Shown piece by piece: positions 45,700-54,893 of a stretch of DNA of 60,371 nt. Both the position numbers and the translations under genes were made by a program. The stretch is from a virus. Its lineage: Duplodnaviria > Caudoviricetes. Below the pieces are notes generated by a model, which saw only the letters and a program-made list of their open reading frames with translations, searched no databases and had not been told where the DNA came from. Numbering within the stretch: position 1 is the first letter of the stretch; each line of letters starts with the position of its first letter. The stretch covers positions 1-60,371 of the IMG/VR virus record IMGVR_UViG_3300026484_000003; one strand, given 5' to 3'.

Positions 45700-45913
45700 C
45701 ACTAATATCATAACCGTACTCTTTTGCGTGATCTATGTTCGGTATAAGCACATTAAACATCCAAGAATATTCAGAACTTCCAAATATTTTCAATGCCCAA
45801 GCATCTTTGCGTCTTACATCGTATGGAGTGAGTATAACCTTTTGGCTTTTTTGGCTCATTTTGTCAAGATAGTTTTTTTTGAATGTCATCATCTCTTCTG
45901 TTGTCATTGTCAT
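45695..45913 (-). CDS. Small baseplate protein, gp53/LysM-like
   Basis: RKDAWALKIFGSSEYSW pattern; start uncertain. Confidence 0.5.
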   Translation of the reverse strand: MTMTTEEMMTFKKNYLDKMSQKSQKVILTPYDVRRKDAWALKIFGSSEYSWMFNVLIPNIDHAKEYGYDISV

Positions 45914-46020
45914 TAGGCAGTCCTGTTTTCTGTTCATTTTAGCAAATTTTAAAACAGTGAAATAAAGTAGGGTAAAAGTAGGGTAGCACTGCACTTAATT
46001 TCAAAACTGTATAATTAGCC

Positions 46021-46251
46021 ATGCAGGAATTAACAATCGTCAAGACAACCACAATGAGAGATAGTGAAGATACTGGACTTGTCGCCACTGTTTCATTTTT
46101 GTCTTGCCGAAATTCGCTTAGTGTCGATATTGCTATTCAGTCAAAGGAGAACTGGATCAACATCATACAGGGAGAGCGTTTTTACTTTGAGTTGAGTGAT
46201 TATTTTACCGGTATGCTCCAATCGCTTGCTGATGTTGTTTCGAGTGTGTAG
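46021..46251 (+). CDS. Hypothetical protein, lone opposite-strand gene in the late region
   Basis: TATAAT at 46010-46015, 5 nt before the ATG (leaderless). Confidence 0.5.
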   Translation: MQELTIVKTTTMRDSEDTGLVATVSFLSCRNSLSVDIAIQSKENWINIIQGERFYFELSDYFTGMLQSLADVVSSV

Positions 46252-46263
46252 AGGAGAGATGAG

Positions 46264-46788
46264 CTACTCCTCTTTTAAGCTCATTAATAATCTGCTTGTT
46301 TTGTTCCTTGAAACAAGATCAATACTGAACATGAAGGCAAATGTTGCCATTCTTAGAGAGGTATGATCGAATTTCCATTTTGATTTTTGACTGTCTCCAT
46401 CGGTCAAGAACAGCCCTTCCCCGTTGGATACTTGTTGCAGTGTTCCGCACCGATTAACAAGTACCTCGAAATTGTCAATGTAGAGCTTTGCTAATTCATG
46501 CTCATCTTTTCTGCTATACAGATCATAGAAATATGAGTCTTGCATAAAGTGTTGCTGTGTAGAAATTACATAATCCGGCTTTTTATTTGTAAAAACTGTC
46601 CGTATGTAATGTCGGAGATCATCAAAAATAATACTTTCACGGAGTAGCCCCTTTGGTATGACCGCCTTGATGATTTTGTTTGTTTCAATATGCTTTACAA
46701 TATCAACAATGCAGAATGTATATCTATCTACGCTGTTTGTATTCTGCAATGCACATAAAACTCTTTTTTTCTCTGTTTGCTGTTTCAT
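46264..46788 (-). CDS. Hypothetical protein downstream of the terminase
   Basis: AAAGG RBS; operonic. Confidence 0.65.
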   Translation of the reverse strand: MKQQTEKKRVLCALQNTNSVDRYTFCIVDIVKHIETNKIIKAVIPKGLLRESIIFDDLRHYIRTVFTNKKPDYVISTQQHFMQDSYFYDLYSRKDEHELAKLYIDNFEVLVNRCGTLQQVSNGEGLFLTDGDSQKSKWKFDHTSLRMATFAFMFSIDLVSRNKTSRLLMSLKEE

Positions 46789-46800
46789 CTTTTACCTTTT

Positions 46801-48522
46801 TTACATAATCAAACTGTTTTCGAGTGCTTCCTCTATGTCGAACTCTTCATCATCTTCATCGAGACCATTTAATCCATTCAGAATAGCATCTTCAAACTCC
46901 ATGATCTCATCAAGTTCATCTTCTACTGTTTCCTCATCCTCGTTTACTGCTTCCTTCTCATCGTAGTCCGTGTTTGTTTGGACATATGGCACTAAAAACT
47001 GCTGTGAGAAGGTATCAATAATGTCTGGTGATCTTATTCCTTTTTTAGCCATTTCCTGCTTACTTAATATCTTGTATTTGAAGTCTGCTGTGAATGTGAA
47101 TGGAATATGGGATAGCTCATTTAGAACCCTTGTTTTATACCTGTTTGTTGCAATATAAAATCTGTTTTGAGTGATCGCCTCTTTTAACATGATGTTTGCT
47201 TTGGCTCTTTGGTTTGCAAATCTCTTTTTATCGAACCCTACCAATCTCCCAGATCCCCAAACAATAGGCTGAACAAGTGCATCACCAAGACCTGCTTCGA
47301 GTACCTTTCCTTCGAGTACCGTGTATGCTTCATGCCCTCCTGCTGTGGCATCTATCGGGAGACGCTTAAACATAAAATCGCCTTCACTGTCGAGTGTTTG
47401 GAGCAATTTATCAAATGCCGTTCCTGCAAGTTCAGTAGGAAGTTTTGCATTTTTCCCTTGATACACATCAATATCATCTACTATACAGTAGAGTTGAAGT
47501 TTTCCGGTACTGTCTGAAACAACTGCTACTCTTAGTTCGCTTACAACACTGCTATCTCTTAGGCCGGTGTATGCTACATCGGTTGAAATTGTAAGCGTAT
47601 CAAAGCTTAATTTATCTATCCAGTCTTTACCCCGCTTAGAGTATGCTTGCTGTGCCTCAAGCGTATTCAAAAGGAAGCCATCCTCAAATAGTGGAGGCAA
47701 CCCTAAAACCCTGACATTGTATTCATTTTCTGTATAAGTAGATCTCCACGCCTCGATAGCACTGGCGGTTACTCTCGGACTCTGTTCGGAGTTCATTCTT
47801 ACTACCCCCCAAACACCGCCCTGCTCTTTTGAGCTTGTAGTGACAAATTCATGGAAACGCCCACTTGTTCGAGTATGCTGTGAAAATGCTACACAACTAT
47901 TGAACTTTTCCGACAATGCCCCCAAAGAGCCGTCTATGTGTGTATCTGGAATACCTGAACACTCATCAAGCAAAAGGAGATAGCTCCAATTATGCTGACC
48001 TGAAAGGTTGGTTGGATCTCCTTTCGGTGCGGTAGCCGGCTCTATGTACCAACTCTCCTTAAATCCCTTGATATAGATCAATGTTGTGTTAAACTGAATA
48101 AATTTTAGAAGAAAAGCCCATTCCGACTTAACAAGCCTATTATTTATCTTTTTTGGCTCATCAAGTGCATAAGCTGTTGACTTAATTTCCTTGAAAGAAA
48201 ACTTTGTGACCTGATCTTCCTTTGGTGCTTGTATTCTTGTTATTGACTTTTGGAACAGTAGCAGGTGTGCGATAGCAATAAATCCAATAAAAAAGGTTTT
48301 ACCGATACCGTGACCAGAAGGCACGGCAGTACGCCCACCAATCCAATCATGTGCCTCTATGATCTCTATCTGCTGATATGTTAGTTTTTTTCCGAATACT
48401 TCATATGCAAATCGGGGGAGATTATTCACATATTTTTCTACAAAGTGCTTCTGAAAATATGGTGACTCATGCACCTCCAAAAGAGTTTTTGCATTTTTGA
48501 GTGAAGCAAAATTGTCAAGCAT
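46801..48522 (-). CDS. Terminase large subunit (P1 PacB-like)
   Basis: VPSGHGIGKT (Walker A), LLLLDECSG (Walker B), RVLGLPP, STDVA...RDSSV, SKQEM..KGIRSPD. Confidence 0.93.
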   Translation of the reverse strand: MLDNFASLKNAKTLLEVHESPYFQKHFVEKYVNNLPRFAYEVFGKKLTYQQIEIIEAHDWIGGRTAVPSGHGIGKTFFIGFIAIAHLLLFQKSITRIQAPKEDQVTKFSFKEIKSTAYALDEPKKINNRLVKSEWAFLLKFIQFNTTLIYIKGFKESWYIEPATAPKGDPTNLSGQHNWSYLLLLDECSGIPDTHIDGSLGALSEKFNSCVAFSQHTRTSGRFHEFVTTSSKEQGGVWGVVRMNSEQSPRVTASAIEAWRSTYTENEYNVRVLGLPPLFEDGFLLNTLEAQQAYSKRGKDWIDKLSFDTLTISTDVAYTGLRDSSVVSELRVAVVSDSTGKLQLYCIVDDIDVYQGKNAKLPTELAGTAFDKLLQTLDSEGDFMFKRLPIDATAGGHEAYTVLEGKVLEAGLGDALVQPIVWGSGRLVGFDKKRFANQRAKANIMLKEAITQNRFYIATNRYKTRVLNELSHIPFTFTADFKYKILSKQEMAKKGIRSPDIIDTFSQQFLVPYVQTNTDYDEKEAVNEDEETVEDELDEIMEFEDAILNGLNGLDEDDEEFDIEEALENSLIM

Positions 48523-49325
48523 TATACCTCTTCCAATTCTGCATCAATATACTCTTTACCGCCGTATGCTATTCGTTCCTGTGCAACTTGCTTGAGATAT
48601 GCCTCATATCGCTCCTCTTTTTCTTCTTGTGTTAGATATTCAGAGTTTCCACCTTCAATGGACTGGATTACCTCCATAACAACCAATGCTCCTGCAAATG
48701 CCCTTTCGTCCGGTAGGTGTGATTGTGTCTCTTCCCACACCTTTTTCCCCCCTTCTGAATTTTTGGCTAACACCTTCCTTACAGTACCATCATCTTCTTC
48801 TATTATCTCATAAGATGCACTTGTCTTTTTGGTGACTGTTTCACCCCTTGCTTTAGCCATTAATAGCGTATATAAAACTTTGTATGAAGCCAAGATAGCT
48901 TCCTGACTAAAATCCTCTCCTTCTTCTATTGATTTTATTATGTCAAGTGTGTTTTTCTTGTTAATATTGAACAGATCAAGAACAGGAGCAAGTTTTGATA
49001 TTGCTTTTCCAACCTCCCCCCTTTTCGCTTTTTTAGGACGCTTTTTTTTCTCCTCAACTTCATGGTCTATTTTAGATATGTCAATTCCCATTTTTTCACA
49101 CTTCTGCATAAATCCGTTTACGCTTCTTTTGGCAGATGCTCTTGATCGACCAAGGATACTTATAATTGTTTTAACAACAACCTCTTCATTGAATTTGCAA
49201 TATGAAAAAAGCATAGCAAATGCGATTGCATCAAGATTGTTGTTTTTGAGTGATTGAATATCTGATTTACGCCATCGCTTCTGCATTGCAATTATGATAG
49301 ATTCTTTACCCGTCGGTTTTGGCAT
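48522..49325 (-). CDS. Probable terminase small subunit
   Basis: Coupled immediately upstream of the large subunit; helical, with a basic N-terminal half. Confidence 0.6.
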   Translation of the reverse strand: MPKPTGKESIIIAMQKRWRKSDIQSLKNNNLDAIAFAMLFSYCKFNEEVVVKTIISILGRSRASAKRSVNGFMQKCEKMGIDISKIDHEVEEKKKRPKKAKRGEVGKAISKLAPVLDLFNINKKNTLDIIKSIEEGEDFSQEAILASYKVLYTLLMAKARGETVTKKTSASYEIIEEDDGTVRKVLAKNSEGGKKVWEETQSHLPDERAFAGALVVMEVIQSIEGGNSEYLTQEEKEERYEAYLKQVAQERIAYGGKEYIDAELEEV

Positions 49326-49491
49326 TTTGTTCCTTCTGCTTTAACTGTTCTTTGAAAATATCGTATATCAATTTTGGATCTCTCTCCATTGCATCAAAGC
49401 CAATAATGCTTAGGATTGACACCAGTTCACTATAACCCAAAAGAGAGAAGTAATGAGCCTTGAAACGGTAGAGCAATAGGCTCACCTCCAT
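49306..49491 (-). CDS. Small protein overlapping the 3' end of the upstream gene (assembly-chaperone partner?)
   Basis: Fills the gap to the small terminase gene; GGAGG precedes an internal TTG. Confidence 0.4.
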   Translation of the reverse strand: MEVSLLLYRFKAHYFSLLGYSELVSILSIIGFDAMERDPKLIYDIFKEQLKQKEQNAKTDG

Positions 49492-50095
49492 TCTCGGAAA
49501 TAATTGATATTTTTCCGCTATCGTGTGTTAATGTTAATGTGATGTTGGATAGTTCACCAACAAGTGAGTCATACTGCTTTAGTAGCCCAATATCCTTACT
49601 GTTAGCCATAAGTGACATGATTGTATCAACGCCGTCTTTGATTGTCTTTGTGCAACCAGAACCAAGTATGTAAAAACGTAGGTTTTTGATGTCACCACTT
49701 GACTGGCAAAACAGCTCTGCTTCAATCGCTTTTTTGACTGTTATGAATGGTGTAAAACGGTAATCTCCAATCCTGATAAAAAGTTCATCTCGCTTAATCT
49801 CATCATCATAACCACCAATAAAGTCTGATGGGCATAATGCCGGCGACTCCGTGATGATCTCATCATCCCAGAAATACATACGATAATAAACAATAAGTGC
49901 TATTGCGTCCTGTATTGTCATGTTCTCTACCTGAACATTGTCAAGATTGGAGATTTTTAATAAAACAAGCTTTATAAAGCCAAAATAACTTGATCTCTCC
50001 TGCATCAAGTTAACGGATTCCACAAGCGTCAAACAGGTTAGCCTGACCTCTTCTTTAGGTAGTGACTGTATTTTTATGCTGTCTGTTTTTCTCAT
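49430..50095 (-). CDS. Probable tail/baseplate assembly chaperone
   Basis: VENMTIQDAIALIVYYR pattern; late-region context. Confidence 0.45.
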   Translation of the reverse strand: MRKTDSIKIQSLPKEEVRLTCLTLVESVNLMQERSSYFGFIKLVLLKISNLDNVQVENMTIQDAIALIVYYRMYFWDDEIITESPALCPSDFIGGYDDEIKRDELFIRIGDYRFTPFITVKKAIEAELFCQSSGDIKNLRFYILGSGCTKTIKDGVDTIMSLMANSKDIGLLKQYDSLVGELSNITLTLTHDSGKISIISENGGEPIALPFQGSLLLSFGL

Positions 50096-50354
50096 CTATA
50101 CTCTCCTCTTTGATAAGTTCCCTGATCTCCTCCAATACAATAAACTCTGCAATGGTTGGGATTTTTAAATCTTTTAACTTGCCTTGATCTACATAGTTTC
50201 TAGCAGTCATTTCGGAAACATTCAATGCCCATGATGCCATTGTCCATGTAAGAGGTTTTTTACGCCCGTATGTCGGCATCCATTTGGTAAGATATGCGAT
50301 ATGCCTATCTACCTCTTCCTTGAATAGAGAATGTAGTTGTGGGGGGGTAGACAA
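50055..50354 (-). CDS. MerR/excisionase-like HTH protein, candidate late activator
   Basis: LTWTMASWALNVSEMTARNYVDQGKLK; TTG start after AAGGA; own TTTAAG...TATACT promoter at about 50383-50405. Confidence 0.6.
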   Translation of the reverse strand: MSTPPQLHSLFKEEVDRHIAYLTKWMPTYGRKKPLTWTMASWALNVSEMTARNYVDQGKLKDLKIPTIAEFIVLEEIRELIKEESIDEKNRQHKNTVTT

Positions 50355-50416
50355 GTGATTTCCTTGAGTATTCAATAACAGAAGTATATACATTCTATGC
50401 TTAAATATTTGTTACA

Positions 50417-51304
50417 TTATTTCCAACTTTTTATAGGCTTGAAAGTAGCACTTGTCTGTAGGTATTTTTCATCTCCTGTAGTATATTCTTGAGAGGGGCT
50501 TCCTTCCAAAATGTAATCATCGTCAATCACCACATCTTCATACGCAGTTTTGGTGTTACTATCTGCAATAATGTGTGAAATTCTGATCCTGAAATAGTAT
50601 TGATATGGCAACAAAAGAGTCCCATCAGAAGGCATAATGTTTCCATTTTTTCCGCTTCCTACTCCTCCGGCAGTTCCACCGCCAAGAATAGAGCCTATGC
50701 CAAATCCGCTAAGGGCATGTCCTATACTCTTCATTCCAGATAATGCGTTAGCCATTCCACCGACCTGCTCAACAATACCGCCAACTCTGTTCACCGTTGT
50801 TTCAACGCCTCTTATTGATGCACCTATTCCAACATCGTCAAGCACACCACTTAAAGCGTTCTTGTTGGAAACCTTTGTGAGCATATCAAGTATGTCATTC
50901 TCTTTGAACTCATTGAATGTTGCTTGAATTTCACCTGCTTGTATTCCGGCTATCCAATTAAAATAACCGCTACCGTATTTCTCTTCTTTGATCTCTATAC
51001 CGTCATGCACAATGGAGATTGACGATAGCATTGTGTTGATTAGCCTTGCCTTCTCTGGGTCATAGTACGGCTCAACCCTTTCTATTGATGCAAAAAACAC
51101 ATCAGAGTGTTGGAGTTTTTCAAAGGTTATTTTGTTCTCTTTTAGCTGTTCTTGAATACCTTTTTGGGTGTAGCCGGATTGTTGATATTCGGATAGATCA
51201 CCTATTGAGTTTTTTAGCGTATCAACATCATGCCCTATACGCCGTAATGCCCTGATAACTTTTGCACCTTGATTTAGCGTTCCTATTACAGACATAAAAG
51301 ACAT
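50417..51304 (-). CDS. Probable tail-tube initiator/baseplate protein
   Basis: GEIQATFNE...DGTLLLPYQYYFRI...SATF; Gly-rich insert. Confidence 0.5.
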   Translation of the reverse strand: MSFMSVIGTLNQGAKVIRALRRIGHDVDTLKNSIGDLSEYQQSGYTQKGIQEQLKENKITFEKLQHSDVFFASIERVEPYYDPEKARLINTMLSSISIVHDGIEIKEEKYGSGYFNWIAGIQAGEIQATFNEFKENDILDMLTKVSNKNALSGVLDDVGIGASIRGVETTVNRVGGIVEQVGGMANALSGMKSIGHALSGFGIGSILGGGTAGGVGSGKNGNIMPSDGTLLLPYQYYFRIRISHIIADSNTKTAYEDVVIDDDYILEGSPSQEYTTGDEKYLQTSATFKPIKSWK

Positions 51305-51810
51305 TACTCAACCAACCTTGCTGTTTCAATGGAGAACTCTTTTCTGAGATAGTCTCTTAGTGCGTTGATGTCCTCGTTTTCAAAGCCTTCCCCATCATCA
51401 ATGCCGGCTGATTTTAACATTCTCATGTTGTCACATTCAAGCTTTTTAAGCATAAACTCCACCACTTGCTGAAATGCCCCAGTGTATCCATCTTCAAGCA
51501 TAAATATATCATAGTCCATTGGTTTTATTCTGACACCGATACAATCATTCAGTGAAGCGGTCTCAATAATCTTTATGCTCCCCATACCCAATGAAAGCAA
51601 ATTACTGTCATCCACAAAGCCACACTTTATGCTCTCTCCTTTTGCGTTTACTGCATTATTATAGGTTTCAAACTCGATAAAGTGAACCGGTGCAACATAA
51701 GAAAAAAACTCTCTGCACGATGTTCTGAAAACTGCTTCTTTTTGAGTATCTGTTGCAATAATGTTTAACATATTGAATGTATCTTCAAAAAGTTCTTTTA
51801 ATTTTGTCAT
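51304..51810 (-). CDS. Probable neck/head-tail adaptor protein
   Basis: First gene after a late promoter; size and context only. Confidence 0.4.
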   Translation of the reverse strand: MTKLKELFEDTFNMLNIIATDTQKEAVFRTSCREFFSYVAPVHFIEFETYNNAVNAKGESIKCGFVDDSNLLSLGMGSIKIIETASLNDCIGVRIKPMDYDIFMLEDGYTGAFQQVVEFMLKKLECDNMRMLKSAGIDDGEGFENEDINALRDYLRKEFSIETARLVE

Positions 51811-51837
51811 GGAATTTTCTTTGTTATAGTTTTTAAG

Positions 51838-51868
51838 ATTATAACTGTTTTGGAGGGGTATTTTTAAA
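51838..51868 (-). promoter_or_regulatory. Putative late promoter TTTAAA-N19-TATAAT
   Basis: Shared architecture with the other late promoters. Confidence 0.6.
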
Positions 51869-51898
51869 AATGCAGGTACGCCGTAGCGTAGCCATGCA
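51866..51898 (-). terminator. Intrinsic terminator of the capsid-sheath-tube operon
   Basis: TACGC-TACG-GCGTA stem (cUACGg tetraloop) closed by TGCA/TGCA, then TTTTT. Confidence 0.7.
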
Positions 51899-52035
51899 CT
51901 ATTTCAGTTCTTGTTCTTTGATCTTCTCACGATAAACAATCTGTAGACTTGGAGGTTCTAAAATCTGTACTACTTTCCCAATTTTTCCGTCACTACACTT
52001 TCCTCCGCTGTATAGATATGACATTTTATTTTTTG

Positions 52036-52602
52036 TTAGCACTCCAAATAACCGCCATCAACGCCGTTAAGGGCATTGATAGCCTTGTGTGCGATACCTT
52101 TCAGTGCCTCGTTTACTTCTGGGCATACAGGGAAGTAGTGACAGTGAAGCGTGATTGATTGAGACATAGGAGTTTCGCTCCCTTCTGCATCGGATTCAAC
52201 TCCGTCCTCAACAACGATGAACCCGAATGAAGCAGTACCCCACAATTTGGATGCGACCTGTTCGCCGTCTCCTACATAGAACTCTATTTCAAGTTCACCA
52301 TTTTTACCGCTTGTCTGAATAAGTTCAATCGCCTGTTTTACATCAAGATTTTCACGCTCATTTAGCGTAATTGGTATCTGGTTGTAGGATTGGTTTTTGC
52401 CTTTTCCAAAACTCTTATTTCCTGTTGGTGTCGAATACTCGATCACGCCGTTTTTTACCACCGGAAGGCTGTGCGTTTTCGTCATAAAGGTAAGGTGTTC
52501 AAATCCTTTGATAACCAAATATGAAGATGATGATGCCAATATGTCACCTGCCCCCTTCTCGGCTGTAATAAAATTTTTTGTAACTTCCATAGGTACACTC
52601 AT
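52036..52602 (-). CDS. Tail tube protein
   Basis: 188 aa; SSSYLVIKGFEHL.FMTKTHSLP...IPITLNE...SITLHCHYF resembles P1-type tube proteins. Confidence 0.65.
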   Translation of the reverse strand: MSVPMEVTKNFITAEKGAGDILASSSSYLVIKGFEHLTFMTKTHSLPVVKNGVIEYSTPTGNKSFGKGKNQSYNQIPITLNERENLDVKQAIELIQTSGKNGELEIEFYVGDGEQVASKLWGTASFGFIVVEDGVESDAEGSETPMSQSITLHCHYFPVCPEVNEALKGIAHKAINALNGVDGGYLEC

Positions 52603-52630
52603 TGTTTTCCCCTTTGTGTTAAATTATTTA

Positions 52631-53440
52631 TCAAAATGCTCTCATCATTGCATTGATTGCAGAACCAAGAGATTGAGAGGACTTTACATCGTCCTTCATA
52701 ATTCCTGCCGAACTTCCAAGAGATAGTGAAACAACCTGATATATTCTGTTCCCTGCACTGTCTATCTTGATCTCATCGACACTCTCTTCCATGCTCTCAA
52801 TGCGATAAGTGGCATTAAAGCGTTTTCCAAACAAGGATACCGCTATCTTAGAAGGCACTGTTCCAAAGAAGCCACCCCCCGTTTCCTTGTTGATCTCGTC
52901 TTGTGTCTTACCGCCCTCAACTGCCTTTTTCTGCTCTGTATCAAATGCCTTTTCTGCCGACTGGATTACATTATCGTTCAAAACAGGGGATTGCATCCTG
53001 ACAAGTTCTTGAATTGGAGCTTCAACCTCTGTGTATGCGTTAGTGAAAGCCATAAACTCAATTTGAAGATCAATAGATTGTGGTTGTATTCCAGTCCACA
53101 CCTGAACAGATTGTGCCTTCGTGATTGTTGTTTTGCTTCGTAGCTTCATAAAAGCATCAGAGCCTATTTCCTTTGCAAGTTCTCCTGATTGAAGTAATGC
53201 AGTTATTGTCGGGAAGCGACTATCTCCGCTTGATCCCTCGAAACGGTTAGCCCACTCTGCCTGATTTGACACTGAATAAGAAACGATACGCCCTCTTGCA
53301 GATGTACCGTTCTCGATGTCCTGTATCGTTACAAACAAATTTTCATTCAGCCCTTGCAGGCTTTGGTAGCCAAGTGCTTCGCCAAACATTGATGAAACGC
53401 TATCTGCAATACTGATCGCCTCCCCGAAAATGTCAGCCAT
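52631..53440 (-). CDS. Tail/baseplate tube-cap-like protein
   Basis: TITKAQSVQVWTG..P.SIDLQIEFMAF.NA..EVEAPIQEL..MQSP. Confidence 0.55.
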   Translation of the reverse strand: MADIFGEAISIADSVSSMFGEALGYQSLQGLNENLFVTIQDIENGTSARGRIVSYSVSNQAEWANRFEGSSGDSRFPTITALLQSGELAKEIGSDAFMKLRSKTTITKAQSVQVWTGIQPQSIDLQIEFMAFTNAYTEVEAPIQELVRMQSPVLNDNVIQSAEKAFDTEQKKAVEGGKTQDEINKETGGGFFGTVPSKIAVSLFGKRFNATYRIESMEESVDEIKIDSAGNRIYQVVSLSLGSSAGIMKDDVKSSQSLGSAINAMMRAF

Positions 53441-53442
53441 GA

Positions 53443-54027
53443 TTAGTACAGTCCTTTCCTGCGACCGATTTTAACTGATCTGTTTCGTGCAAACTTTGCA
53501 TGTGCTGTATGTGCTTTTCGTCTTGCTTTAGCTAACGCCATCTTTTGTTTTGCGGATAGCCTTACCTTGCCAAACAGTCTTACACACTTCCACGCTGGGC
53601 TACCGTTCTTGATAACCATTTTACGCTTGTAGCCTGATTTGCATCTTACTGGGCTTACGCCATCTTCTTGAATGGAGTCGAGCATAACCTCTTCTTGATC
53701 TGCAAACTCTTCTGCAAGGCTTTCAGTGTCGTCTTGAGTGTATGCTTCACTGTATGCCTGTGCGATTGCCATAATCGCACCTTCTGACACATTTTGTCTG
53801 CCTGAAACCATATCCTCTATAACAGTGTCTTTGGCACCGATAAAGGATAGATATGAGACAATGTTTGCATCAACTTCATCTACGGCACTGTCCTCTTCGA
53901 TACTGTCAAGGTCAATACCTGAAATAGCACTCTTTAAAGCGTCATAGCATACTGCTTCGCTATCTTCTGCAATAGAATCAAGCACTGTACCAATGGTAAG
54001 TGCTGTTGTAAGTGAGTGCATATTCAT
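53443..54027 (-). CDS. Prohead core protein (acidic N-terminus, very basic C-terminus; T4 gp68-like tail)
   Basis: VRLSAKQKMALAKARRKAHT..AKFARNRS.KIGRRKGL. Confidence 0.7.
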   Translation of the reverse strand: MNMHSLTTALTIGTVLDSIAEDSEAVCYDALKSAISGIDLDSIEEDSAVDEVDANIVSYLSFIGAKDTVIEDMVSGRQNVSEGAIMAIAQAYSEAYTQDDTESLAEEFADQEEVMLDSIQEDGVSPVRCKSGYKRKMVIKNGSPAWKCVRLFGKVRLSAKQKMALAKARRKAHTAHAKFARNRSVKIGRRKGLY

Positions 54028-54030
54028 CTC

Positions 54031-54876
54031 TTAGCCTTTTCTGCTTGAAGCTTTACTTGCTTTTTTGTGTCTCTTTGTAGAGCCGGCTTTAAGCTTCATT
54101 GTTTGCGATCTGCGGGCATTTGCCATTCTGTCTGTAGAAAACTTTCTTGCTTTTTTCAGTGCTTTGCGTTTTGGCTCTGCTTTTTTACCGCCACGCTTAC
54201 GATACTTCTTGCCTTCAAGCAATGTTTTTGGATACTTGCAGAAACCTTTTTTAGGTTGTTCGCCTTTCTCACTTCTCATGCAAGGTACAATTTTCATGCC
54301 TTTTGAAGCAGGTTTAACAGGTTTTGTACGGCTGAAAGACCAATCCATAGCGATACTGTCAAGTGTTGTCTCTTCACCTTCGTCCAAAATACTATCTGCA
54401 AGTACATCTGCATTGATAGACATTGCAACAAGCGTACCAAGATTCCCCTCTTCTGGGATTGCACCATTAACAAGGCTTGTGAGTGCTTGAAGTTCATCCA
54501 TAGCCACATCTAGGTCTTCATCCATAAGATCATATACAGACGATTGGCTAAGTCCAAGTTGTCCTGCAAAGTCAAGTGTTACACCAACCGCATAGTTAAG
54601 TGCTTCCTCATCATAAGATAGTGATGTTTCAGGTTCTTCACCATCAACTGCATCAAGTGTAACCTCTTCTGCTCCAATGGCATCGAGGGCAATATCAATC
54701 AGCGTCACTTCATCGGTTGGCTGTAGTTGTGCGATTGCCCCTACCATATCCATCATTACTGCAAACTTGCCATACTTTGAGATTTCGGATTGAATGATCT
54801 CGTCCAGTGTAACTCCCTCTCCTTGGGATGCAACACTATCTTGCATTACATCATCAAGGTTAAATTTGTAACTCAT
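54031..54876 (-). CDS. Second prohead core/scaffold protein (acidic N-terminus, basic C-terminus)
   Basis: Repeated xLD motifs, then KRKALKKARK...ARRSQTMK. Confidence 0.65.
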   Translation of the reverse strand: MSYKFNLDDVMQDSVASQGEGVTLDEIIQSEISKYGKFAVMMDMVGAIAQLQPTDEVTLIDIALDAIGAEEVTLDAVDGEEPETSLSYDEEALNYAVGVTLDFAGQLGLSQSSVYDLMDEDLDVAMDELQALTSLVNGAIPEEGNLGTLVAMSINADVLADSILDEGEETTLDSIAMDWSFSRTKPVKPASKGMKIVPCMRSEKGEQPKKGFCKYPKTLLEGKKYRKRGGKKAEPKRKALKKARKFSTDRMANARRSQTMKLKAGSTKRHKKASKASSRKG

Positions 54877-54893
54877 TTATTTTTCTCCCTTTT

